Positions 42,301 through 54,300 of a stretch of DNA of 64,000 bases are shown here, piece by piece. Below the pieces are notes generated by a model that saw only the letters and a program-made list of their open reading frames with translations, ran no database searches and was not told the origin of the DNA. The stretch is from Phoronis australis. Taxonomy: Eukaryota; Animalia; Phoronida. The position numbers were made by a program, and so were the translations under genes. The stretch covers positions 1,274,077 through 1,338,076 of the forward strand of contig NMRA01000002.1 in the NCBI GenBank assembly GCA_002633005.1, in the 5' to 3' direction. The number at the start of each line of letters is the position of its first letter. The stretch's first letter is position 1.

Positions 42301-45300
42301 TCGCCCAACCTACGAAGCCATGGTAAGTGGAAGAAACTGGGTTCATATTCTGGGAAACATTTTTAAGTTACCAAATTTTTCACTATTATAATAATATCTT
42401 GTAGAGAAAGCTCTTCCCTCTCTCATAATTTGATTATTAACTACTCATTGGAGCAATGCAACTAACACCTGTCCAAATATGCCCTTAATAACAACAAGAC
42501 AGTTTTCATCGTTTTGTTTACACTGGTTGGAATCACCATCGGGAATTGATTTAAGCCTGGTGACAATATGCGCAAGCTACAAGTTTGTTCTTTGATTGTC
42601 CTCACAGCTAATGGATATAATGAGAAACCGCCCTGCTGCTGTTCGACGCCTATTCTGCAATGAGACCGCCCTGCGTTCTGTCCTCAGTCTCCCCTTGTAT
42701 GTGAATGCTTCAGCAATGAGTATGGTGCTCTGCACGGCCACACCTGAGAATGTATGGGACTCATTCATTAAAGCTGGTCTTAACACTGGTGAACTTGTTG
42801 GCATGACAACAAAGGTGAGACTGAATTCTAAATCATGATGAATTCAAATTAATTTTTTTTTCAAAAACTGGGTCTTAATATACAAGAATTAAAATATGCG
42901 TGATAGGCAATGTTCAAAATAGACAAAGTAAAGTGTTTGTAGCAACTGATTTGCATGTTCACAGAGAGAATAGCTTTTTGCAGAAACAACTACAGACGAA
43001 CAGGAATTTTCAAATCTTTTCAATAAATGCTCTAATTTGAAATGTTAAAATGGTTGTCAACCAATCATGTGTAATTTGGCAAGGGGGGGGGGGGTAGTTT
43101 GAACATTTGGATCTTAGTAAACATTCATTGGTTTTATTTCCAGTTGATTTACTACACAAGGTACTATCCCAATACCTTAAGCCCTGTCCGCTGGCAGGAA
43201 CTGAAGCAAAACCTACGGTCAATGGTGGATGTCATAGACAAGTTGTCAAAGCTTCCACCCAACGTCATCAGTGGATTCAATGCCACCTATTGGCAGCCCA
43301 TCATGGAGACCCTAGTAGATAGTGTTGCAAGGAATAGCTTTACTGGGTAAGGAATATTTAAACTAAACTAGAAGTTTTTAGTCTAGTTTTATCAACATGA
43401 TTTACTTGTAAAGAAAAATAGAGGTAATTGTAAAGCTTAGAAACAGTTCTGTAGCAGAGGATGTATGCCATGTCTTACACAATTATTATTATTATTATGA
43501 AGCACCATGGAAACAAAAAGATAAGTTTATGTTAATGAGTTAAAGTGACTTAGTTAAGTAAATAAATCCACTTAAACTTGGAAACTATATCTAGTAGAAA
43601 TTGTTGTCTAGTGCCTTAGGGTTACAATATGTTCCTGTCTACAATGTTGCTTTGTTTCAGTGTGCTGCGCACGATGCAACTGTTAGATCCATTACTACGT
43701 GACCAACAGTTCTGGAAGGAAATTCAGTCATATGTCCAGTTAGGTGGTGTCTACATGCAGTGGCTAGCGGACCAGCTGGAGAAACTGGAGGGTGAGACTG
43801 ATTTACTTACACTGCATGTCTCAATAGCGAACTCAATTCCTCGATTTCATAAGCAGCAGTAATACGATCTTAATTCTGAGCTCAGGGTAAAGGGTGATCA
43901 TGTAGTTTGTATAAGTTAAAATTCCTTCTTTACTATGCAGTAGATATTTTCCTGTCAACTAGTCTTGCACATGTAGTTCAAGCATGTATCTGTTAAAAAT
44001 AACTTTAAGTGTGGGAGTTGATGTTTGTACAGTTAACACAAAATGCACTTACTATTTTTCACTGTATTTCAGCTGCAGGTGGTCAGTTGAAACTTGTCAA
44101 CTTGATGCCGGATGTTGACAAAGTCACAACTCTCCTGAGGTCAGCCATTGGCCCTCAGGCAGCCGCGGAGTTCCTGACGGTGGTGATTCAGCCCAACGCT
44201 GTAAGTTTGACCTCTGACCTTTGGTTCTATAATGGGTTGAACAACAAAGATGTGGAACTTTATCTGTGTTTTTTTAGGCCTAGAAATAACTTAGTGGTTA
44301 GTCCACTGCATAGGTACGGAAAACTCGGAGCTGAGATTAGGAAAACCTTTCAGGGAATTTGAGTCTGTTTCATTTATCATCTTCTTTTAAGTTCAATTTT
44401 TAAGGAACAGTCAACCATTTGGTCATATTTGCATATGTCAGTATTTTGCCTATGCGCAATTTAATTTGAAAAATATCTAACTTTTATTTAATTAGCAACT
44501 GTGTTCTGCTTGTTTCCGTCATGACAAATGGTGAGTATTAACCGTGTGTTTCTTGGTCCTCCTTATAAGGTTCTACGTCTGATCCAAACCAAAGAGTGGC
44601 CTGATGTGTTCTGCAATCGCACTGCGTTCGCGTCCATATTCAAGTTCCCTACGGGTGTCGACGTCGTCTCACTACAGATCCAGCTCTGTCAGTCCGTCAA
44701 GAATGGCTCGCTGGTGGTGGATCAACTCATGGGCTTGATCAATGTTCAACGCGTTGTCAAAGAGGTGAGTGGACACAGTCAAATGTCTGTTGGCTCAACC
44801 ATTACTGTCATGCTGGTGTCAAGTGTTGAGTGAACTTGGCACTGTAATAAACCCACTAACTACGGTAGTGTTATTCTTTTGAAGTGATCCTATGTCAATA
44901 ATAAGATTCAGTAAGATGAGCAGTGAACCCCAAAAATCGCTTTTGCATTTTACCCAGGTTCTCATTTATTCGTTACTGTACACATTCATTTTAGTAAAAC
45001 CGATCTCAAAGGAGTAGGTGGCAATTTTGACATTAAGCTCATTATGCTTTGTAAAAGATTGCTACATTGTCCTTCAGATGGAGCGGCTGACTAAGAAGCC
45101 ATCCACCAACACCATGACCCAAGACCCATTCAAGTTCTTCTTGAAGCAAGCGCAGAGGTTGATGCTAAGTGTTGAACTGATTCAGAAGTTGGGCAACATC
45201 AGCTTGGGTGGCTTTGAGGACTACCTTCGGCCCATAACAGCTACATTGACCGTCATCCTGGACCCTTCTGCTAACAAGTAGGATACTGTGTTGGTGCCTG

Positions 45301-48300
45301 TAGCCTGCACTGATTGATTTGGTTTTTGTTAGTCCAAAGTGATGTTAGCAATTGGCGGTATTCTGCTGTTTGCACTTCTTGAGGGAGATGTGCTTTTGAC
45401 AGAGATGTGTTGTAGAGGGTGCCTTCTTTGTTAGAAAGAGGACCCAAATCCGGGCATGAAGAACCCATCATCTGAGCATCACCTACCATGGGCCCCTTCT
45501 ACTTGTCCTGAGTAACCCTCTACTTGGGCATGATACCTCTGTTTGGTCATGTACCCGCAACTAATGTTTGTTTGACCTGTTTATTTTTCAGCATTGGTGG
45601 TATGTGCGACAGTGTGGTCTCACTGATCGATGAGACAGTAGCGTACCCTTATATCAAGATGTCCATGTTGACGTCACAGACGACTATTGAGATTATGGAG
45701 GACATCTTGAAGTTCATACCAGGTAAACTAGAGATTCGTGTTTTAACAACTCTTGAAGTCAGCTTACATGTCTTGAAGTACTAGCATGCCCTGTGATGTG
45801 TAAACGAATCCAGACCTGTGAAACATTCTTATTTTTTTCGCTCAATTGTAGTATATGCTGACGATTCAGTTGTGTTCTACGTTGTCTTGTTATCTTGAAT
45901 ATTGTGGACATTTCCATTGACTGTTTTTTGAGTATTCTTTGCCCAAACTCACTAATTGTCAAATACAAAGTAATGCGGCCTATTTGCCATTCTGCCACAT
46001 GATATCAAAGTGTTCTGTATACAGGGTTAGGGGCACCTTTGTCATTCCATGTACCATTCTCCTGGTGTCTTTTTCAGATGTAGATGACCTGATGTGCGAT
46101 CTGTCTTCACTTGACTTGATTGGCATTCTGCAACGGTTTCTGAACAAAGATGTTATTGATGTCGTGTATAAGGTTCGATAGTCAGCTTTACATTCCGATT
46201 CTAAAGTTACTTAGTTGTCATTATACGTGTTGCTACATATTGTCAGTAATTCTTATGTCCTTTTCCTCTCTAAACTATAATAATTTATTGTGTTTGTATC
46301 TGCAATTGAAAATTTATTACACAGTACTATATGTGAGTTACCTAACACTTGTCTTAATTTTCACATTACAGTTTGAGAAGCTCATCACCCAAAACTTCAC
46401 TTCGGATGACTTTAAGTGTAGTGCCTACATTGGCAAACAGATGGCACTCAATGACCTGTTCAACTTCACCATCTACAGTATGCCCTCCATAGGTGTCGCC
46501 ACTGAAAAGTGTGCCATGCAACTATTGACAGGGGACTTCAAGATGTTGGAAGATTTCAGCTTGTAAGTGTTGACCCGGGACAGGTAGCCTTTGGTTGCTG
46601 TATCAAAATATTCTGAGATTATCTTTGTTGTGAATGGACCATTTTTGTGTCATTGTAAAAGTGTTAATTTGTTATTAACTGCTTTTCATGAAGCCTGACC
46701 ATGCATGGTTGAAACTATTGATACACTAACAAATGATCCCAATACTTAATGAACTGGTCAGTAAGATCACGTGAAAGATTTGAGAGTATACAAAAAGAAC
46801 GAAAGTCAATTGCTAAACATGTCTATTTAATAGGTAGCTATTGCAGAAAATAGCATAGTCAAACTAACCATAGATGAGTGAAGTTGATTTTTTGAAAATA
46901 GGCGAATCTAAGAATTGATATTCAAAGTATTCCACAGTAGTATTGTATGCTCTTGGCTTTGTGTTCTAGTGATCGATCTCACTGGGCTGGCTAGTTTTAC
47001 CTATAATTCATTTGTTCTTCACATTCTGTCCAGCTATATCAAGTTGATGAACGAACTGCAGAACTTCATCAGTAATGACACTATGGGCGTACTGTCTCAG
47101 CTCACTGAACTCAAACCCATCATGGATATGATTATTAGTGGCATCACATCTCAGACGGCTTGTAAGTATTACATATTCACCTGCTGTTATGATTGAAACC
47201 GTGGTACCCTGCACTCTTTCCTCTTCTGCATCAAATCCACATACACCAAAATACTCGTTAAATAAGCTACATTGTCATGTAACAGGAGTGCGCACCGTTT
47301 TGCTTCTTTAGAAGCTTTGCGTGGTTTCAGCAATTTGATGTCTTTCAGTTCTCAATTATTTTGAAGTCATGTGTGTGATATTTCCTGTACTGTGTATATT
47401 TCAATAATTATGTGTTTTGACTGGTAGTTTCTAAATGTACATGCATTTGATATTATGTGTCCGGTGTGCGATTAGTTTCAGCTGTTTTTTCAAAATTATC
47501 AGATATGTTTTATTTATCTCTTAAAAACTTCATCTGTTTTCAGTAGTACTCACAGTAATACACATAGCTGGCAAGAAATTAATCCTTTCGCAAACTCAAA
47601 TTTCCTAAATTTTTTATTATATTTTCAATATTTTTTACAACTGATTCTCATTTAACCATCGTAACACGGATTATATTTTTACTTAGTTTTCTATCGGCCA
47701 TTTTCTTTCATCATTCAGATTTACTGACTCGTATACAGCGGCAATTACTAAACAACGCTGAAGCTTACGCTTAAAAATACACACAAGTCGTTTATTCTTC
47801 TTCTACCCCTCAAATTCAAATGATAGAATTTTCAAGTTCCATCTGATAGGTTAGAAACAATACTGTTATGTTTTTATATTGCTATTTGTATTTGGTGATG
47901 CTTTCCTTCCAGACATTGGGGATCTGCGTGAATTGTTCACAAATGCTAGCGACATTCAGCAAATTCTGTCCAAGGTGGCTGACCTGACGCCAAGAATGGT
48001 CGACTCCTTCCTACAGTCAACCATCAAGCTGAATGCGCAGCAGTTCTTCAACCAGACTGTCGAGGAGATTGCTGCTGCTCTGTGCTCACCACGGCAACTG
48101 GAAGAGAGCTTCAACATTTCACCTCTGCTGGGTCTCACATCGGAACAGCTGAGTAAGAGATTGTGCGGTCCAAATGTAACTCAACTGGCAGCCTCTATGA
48201 AGAGCGCGGTGAACGTGGCACAGCTAGCTGCAGTGGTAAGGATGACGAGAGTACCGAAACTGAAGAAATAACGTTTCATTTGTGAAACTTTAGTATGTCC

Positions 48301-51300
48301 GAGACGCAACAGGAGTTTAGACCAACCTTTCAGTTGTTGGTGGCTACAATTCGAACCATATTTTCAATTACACCGTGTCTGTCCAGATATCAGCTGTTGA
48401 AGAAATAACGCTTGATTTGTGAAACCTTAGTATTTCCAAGATGCAACAGTATTTTAGACCAACCTTTCGGTTGTTGCTGGATACAATTCTAACCATATTT
48501 TTAATTGCATCGTGTCTATCCAGATATCAACTGTTGTGATGATGTTGTGTAAAGTTGAGCTAAACAGTGCTTTTATCTGTGTTCGCTTGATCCTACTAAA
48601 GAAACAATGATTTTGTGGGTACAACAAGAAGAACTCACTTTTGATAAATTGCAAGAACCAAAAAATGAAAACATGATCACCTGTTTCATCTCTTGATCAC
48701 GTTTCATTGATTAAAGTACCACACAATATTGTGATTCTATTTTTATTTTTTTCCAATGTACATTGTGCTGTACTTCCGTGATCATTTTTTACTGTTTTCA
48801 AGGTCCTGCTGGTAGGGTCCACTGAACCTCGGTGTTTGACCATTCAAGACGAACATTCCTTTTGTAAATATACCAGTTGGAACAAATACTATCAAGCTGT
48901 GGGTCGTAAGAATTTGTGGAATATTGAATGGTTCGTAATGTCACATTCATGCCCTTCAGGTGTCTCAGTCCAGCAATGGCACATTCAACATCCAATGGCT
49001 GATTGGAATCACTGATGACCTGAAGGATATTCTCAAGTATACGGGGTCACTGATCAAGCTACAGTCAGCTATGCCAGCTGAGGGTGGTATCAATATTGAG
49101 CAGCTACTCAAGATACTGCCTAGCATAGAGGACTTTATAAACAATAAAGGACCTGATGCCTTGTTTGAAAGGTGAGATCAAGCATTGTGGAAAATATTTA
49201 ATGTTAAACATACACGGACAATCTAGTTATAACCTAATAAACCATGTGATTGGTGTCTGGATTATTCATTATGATCTCCAGTCGCATTTTGTGGTGAAAA
49301 AATTCTTCTATATGTGAACACCACCTGGTCACCAGATGGCGCTGTGGTGACAGCTACAGTGAGTATAAAAGGCCTTATAGAGGTCAGATGAGTGTCCAGT
49401 GTAATGTGTTTGAGGTAGCAGTGTGTAATCTTGTTGCAGCATGTACTCACTGATTGGAAAACTGGCAGCTGTTGCTACTACTCCTGAGTCTAAGGAGTTC
49501 CTGCAAAACCTGGAGTCACTGACGAGGGGAATTCGTGGACTCAATGTGTTCAAGAATCTGTTTCCAACAGGTCAGTTTCAGGTCTCATTCCACTCTTATA
49601 CCAGGAGCTTGCTAATTTATAAAATGAATTTCTTTCTTACTCATCTGTAACTGTTCAAACTAGGTATACTACAATGATATTGCAAAACTGAAACGATCCA
49701 GATCTGGTGTAAAAGTGTATTGATTAATCTCTGTCTTAAAAAATTCAATTCCTGTTTTGCCATTTTAGCAGCTTCGTGCTGTATACGGCAGCATCGTGCT
49801 TTATGCAGTAGCAACGTGCTGTATTGAGCAGCAATGTGCTGTATACAGTAGCAATGTGCTGTTTACAGCAGCAATTTGCTGTATACAGGATCATCGTGCT
49901 GTATACAGCAGCATCATGCTGTATACAGCATCATCGTGCTATATACAGCAGCATCGTGCTGTATTGAGCAGCAATGTGCTGTATACAGCAGCATGGTGCT
50001 ATATACAGCAGCATCGTGCTGTATACAGCAGCATCATGCTGTATTGATCAGCAATGTGCTGTATACAGCAGCATCGTGCTGTATTCAGCAGCAATGTGCT
50101 GTATACAGGAGTAATGTTCAGTGTACAGTACCATGGTGTTGTATACAGTAGCTGTTGCTAAGGATACAGGCATGTAAATACTTTTGATTGCTTTGTTCAA
50201 GATGCAGCTACTTTCAATCATTCTTTGTTGTGTATTCCAGTTGCAGTCAAGGACTTGGTAAAAGATCCCCAGTCATTGCACAAGTACATGGTTGATAAAG
50301 TCAAACTGTCACCTCGTACAGCTGCAGCTGTTCTCAATGCTACCTTCAAGTACACCATGGTGAGTTAGTCATCAAACAGGAGTGTCTGAGAAAGCGTTTC
50401 AATCCGTTGAGATTTAAATAGGAAAGGTACACCCTTGGTCAAACGTCCAAGTTTGTGTATTTTGAAGTGTGTGTCTGTAAATTCCAGCATACCATTTGCA
50501 CTCACACTGACTGTAAATTTGAACATTGTTCTATTGTTTGTAATTATGCGCTGGTCAATGTGGATTATGAACTTACTATTACTAAGAGTTATTGACTTTC
50601 AAACTTCGTGTTAATGTTTTTGCATTTGATGCCCGTGATACTTAATCCTTAAAAAATGTACTACATAAGTTAGACATTATATGAAAACTCTCCATTTCAG
50701 TTTCTGGGACAGAACATGAGCTCTATTAATCTGACTGACCTGTTCTGCAATAAATCCTCACTCTCTGTCCTTCTGAACTTTGACCCCTCCGTGGATGTAG
50801 GCGTCGTCAGCAGAGCACTGTGTTCCCTCAATACCAGCATGATCACGGCAGTCACAAGTGAGCTCTTACCAAAAATGGACATTGGAAATCTAATCAAGGA
50901 GGTAAATAAGTTGCAAAAATTTAATCAGTGTCTCTTGGGAAAGTTTGACCTTTCCTCGTTGAGATGGTGAGTTTAGTCTTAATTATTTTCATAATGGGGG
51001 AGATCTGAGGCATTATCGGCTTGTAGTTCTGTAGTATGTGCTCTTACCATAGTCACTTTTTCCCCGTGTTTCATATTAGGCATAGTCATCTGAGCTGTGT
51101 AACATGTTAAAGTTCTTTATTGCTGAGCTGAATTGTCCATTGTGTACAATAGCAATGTTTGACAGCATATCAGGTGATAGACAACTGCAGACTGCAAATG
51201 TACTCTTAGCTGATTCACTGCAATGCGTACTCTCTCACTACTTCTTAACGTAACTTGTTAATATCCAATCAAATGTTTGAGTGTTAGTAATTTTCAAGCT

Positions 51301-54300
51301 TTTAGATTTAACTTGATGTCTTTGCTTCAAGCCACTCCTTCAACTAATGTTCCCATGACCTTTGGTTCCATATTTCCACGGCTGCCAATTGTTACGGATT
51401 TTTCTGTATTCTACATATTTTTAGAGCCTAAAAATCACTATGTATGGTTTTCAAATATGGAATTTCAACATTTTTCTCTCTTCAAAAAGGGAGATTAATT
51501 TGAACATTTTTCTCTTCAAAACAGGAGATTAAAACAAATTTTTATTCTTTGAGTTTTGAAGTGCCAGATTGGTAGAGGTGAAGGAAGAAAACACCGATAA
51601 GTTACGGAAATAATCACGAACGCAAAGTAAAAACTAGAATGCAAGACATATCCGGCCTGAGTACCAGTGTGTAATCAAATTTGCATATGGCAAAGATTTC
51701 CTTTTCACGATTAGTCCATTGCGTTTGCTTTGTGAAGGACTGTGGGCTATCATCTGCTTTGGAAATGATGTCAGGATGTCGAGAGTTGAATTTTTAAGAC
51801 GAATATTGCAAGGAGTTAGTTTACATTTAGAAAATGGGAAAAGGAATTCACAATGTTTTGTCACGCTGACTTAAGCACTGAGAACCTGGTGGGGACTACG
51901 TCGTCATGGATCAGGAATGATAACTATATATTGAAATTTTTGCTTTTCTGTGGTAATGTGGGAAGTAATCAAGCGAATCCTGACAACTAAAGCTAAAGAC
52001 ATTGATGCGATAAGCAGAATTTTCACATTATGTTACTAATTTTTAGAACAACTCGATTTGAAATTGAAAATTGTTGTTTGAGGGTGTATCACGCCATCTT
52101 TCATAATTTAAAATTTAAACTGAAAATGTCGGGAACAGGTCAAGTTTTCATATGCAAAATACGGATTTTCAACACGAAGGTTACGGATTGTGTGCTTGGT
52201 GGGTTAGCAGCCGTGTGTCTCATTGGTTCTTAAATCTGCTACAAACCATGCCTTGTGTCAAAGAAATGATGTCTTGGCTTCTGGCAACTTGCCACTGTAA
52301 TGCTGTTCTCAACGTGTTCCGTACTTAGATTAGAAAATGATTTTTGAGCTTGGAAACAATAGGCAGTTCATTTTGTTGGGTAGACAAAGTGCCCCACCTC
52401 GACCAACCCACTTATTAAGCCTAGTCTCAAGCAATAATGAAGTGTTTGAATTTATCTCCAATCTAAGTAAGGAACAAATTGAGATCTATCAAAGTGGTGT
52501 GCCTGACACTTGTTTACTGTCAGTTTATCTCGCCTCTCGCTTCTCACTTTTCTTTTTTTGCTTGACTGTATGAATTAACTACTAACACTTGCTCACTTCG
52601 TTTGTCAGTATTTCCAAAAGGTGGCAGCTGATGGCTCGTTGTATTCGATGATGCTGATGCCAGACGAGGTTTTTATCGCTTTTCTCCATTCTTTTATCTG
52701 TAGAATGCTTTTAATTAATCAATAAGCACGTTTAGTTGCACATTGCACAAACGACACTAATAGAGTTGCAGTAGATTGCATGCCCCGACACACACTGGAT
52801 CAAGTAAATACTTCAACTAGAATATCTTTAGACAGAATTACCTTGTGAACTCAGGTGATGTAATTTGGATTACGGAATCAGATGGTACGTCAGGTGATTT
52901 CTCCCTGTAGTTAGCACTATGACACGGGATATTGCATGCACACTGCGCAGTATTGCCTACGAAAAGCACATTATTGCATGCTCACTGCACAAACATTAAA
53001 GCAACTTTTTTGGCTTATGTTCTAATTTTGCTGTTTTAGTATTAAAGATTCTTGTCTACTGCTTATTAGTTCCTAGTTCTAATATTGCTTCTTGGCATTG
53101 TTTAATCTCTTAATTTCTACATGCAGTAATTCATTGGTTGACATGTCTTTAGTTAAATGCAAGCCACCTTTGAATATTTCATTTATACTGGAACCTCATT
53201 GGTCTTTTTATTGTTGTCAAGGTGATGACGTTTGACCCTAATAAACTGCTGGGGTCATCGAACGTGTCCATGAATGTGAGCCAGTTAAAGGAGACTGTTG
53301 AGCAGCTGAAGCCCGTCTCCACTAAGCTAAGCTCAGCACTGCAAGAAGTGAAGAACTTCACCAACAGTGGGAATGTGCCAAACGTATCTACATTAATTGA
53401 CCCCATCACTGGCAAATTCCAAGGTTTGTATGCACATAACAAGTGGGCTGTTTTCTAAACAACTAAAAAAGTCAGTTGCACAAAACGTGTCTTACAAAGT
53501 ACGAGATTATAGATTTGAACTGAACTGTTGTACTGTTTATTGTTTACTGTAGAGAAAGTTTGAGATCATCTTCTTGTTCACATTACAGCCCAGGTTGGAC
53601 TGCGCACTGTAAGCTCTATGCTGTGTGGATCAACCAATGCGTTTGAGTTGCCTGAGGTATCCATGTTTGGCAATTCACCTGGCTCTTCTTCCTCCAACAA
53701 TGACCCCACATCTGGGTCATCTGTGGGGTCGCAGAGCCCTGGGTCTCAGGGTGCAGGGTCACAGAGTGCAGCAGCCGCACCAACAAGCGCCTTGGCAGAT
53801 GGAAAGACTCCTTCCAATGCAGGAACCACCCCAGCCTCTGACCCAAGGGTTAAATACGCTTCAGTTATGAAATTTTTCCCCAAGGATGCCCAAGAGGACT
53901 TCTTCTCGTTACCTTGTACGTATGGCTTCCTGGGATTGAAAGGTTAATGGAGTCATTCCAGGGGCTTGACCAGCTTTTAGATAAGATTTTTACCTGCTGG
54001 AGATACAAAATATCTGCCCCACCTTAGGATGTTTTACTCAGGCATAATAATTATGAATTAAAGGAACTTCTAATTGTTTAGGGCGTCATATTTCTTGACA
54101 GACATCTCCAAAATGTAGTGACTCTTTTACTTGTGAGACACTTGGTGAATTTGGATAAAGCAAAGTCATGCTTGCTCCAGCGAAGTAAATATTTCCAGTT
54201 ATTTATTTACCTATTAATAAGTTGAGAAATTTTATAATTGCAATGTGACTGCATGTGTATGGAATCATTACTTTGGCCTATTTCAGCTGACTTCTGCCGC

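Noticed and set aside
47285-47790. Possible inverted-repeat element
   Set aside because: Only a short imperfect match (aagctt.gcgt.gttt) with no definable ends or TSD.
49796-50151. Repetitive ORFs (LYTAASCCIQQ)
   Set aside because: They are translations of the 20-bp minisatellite.
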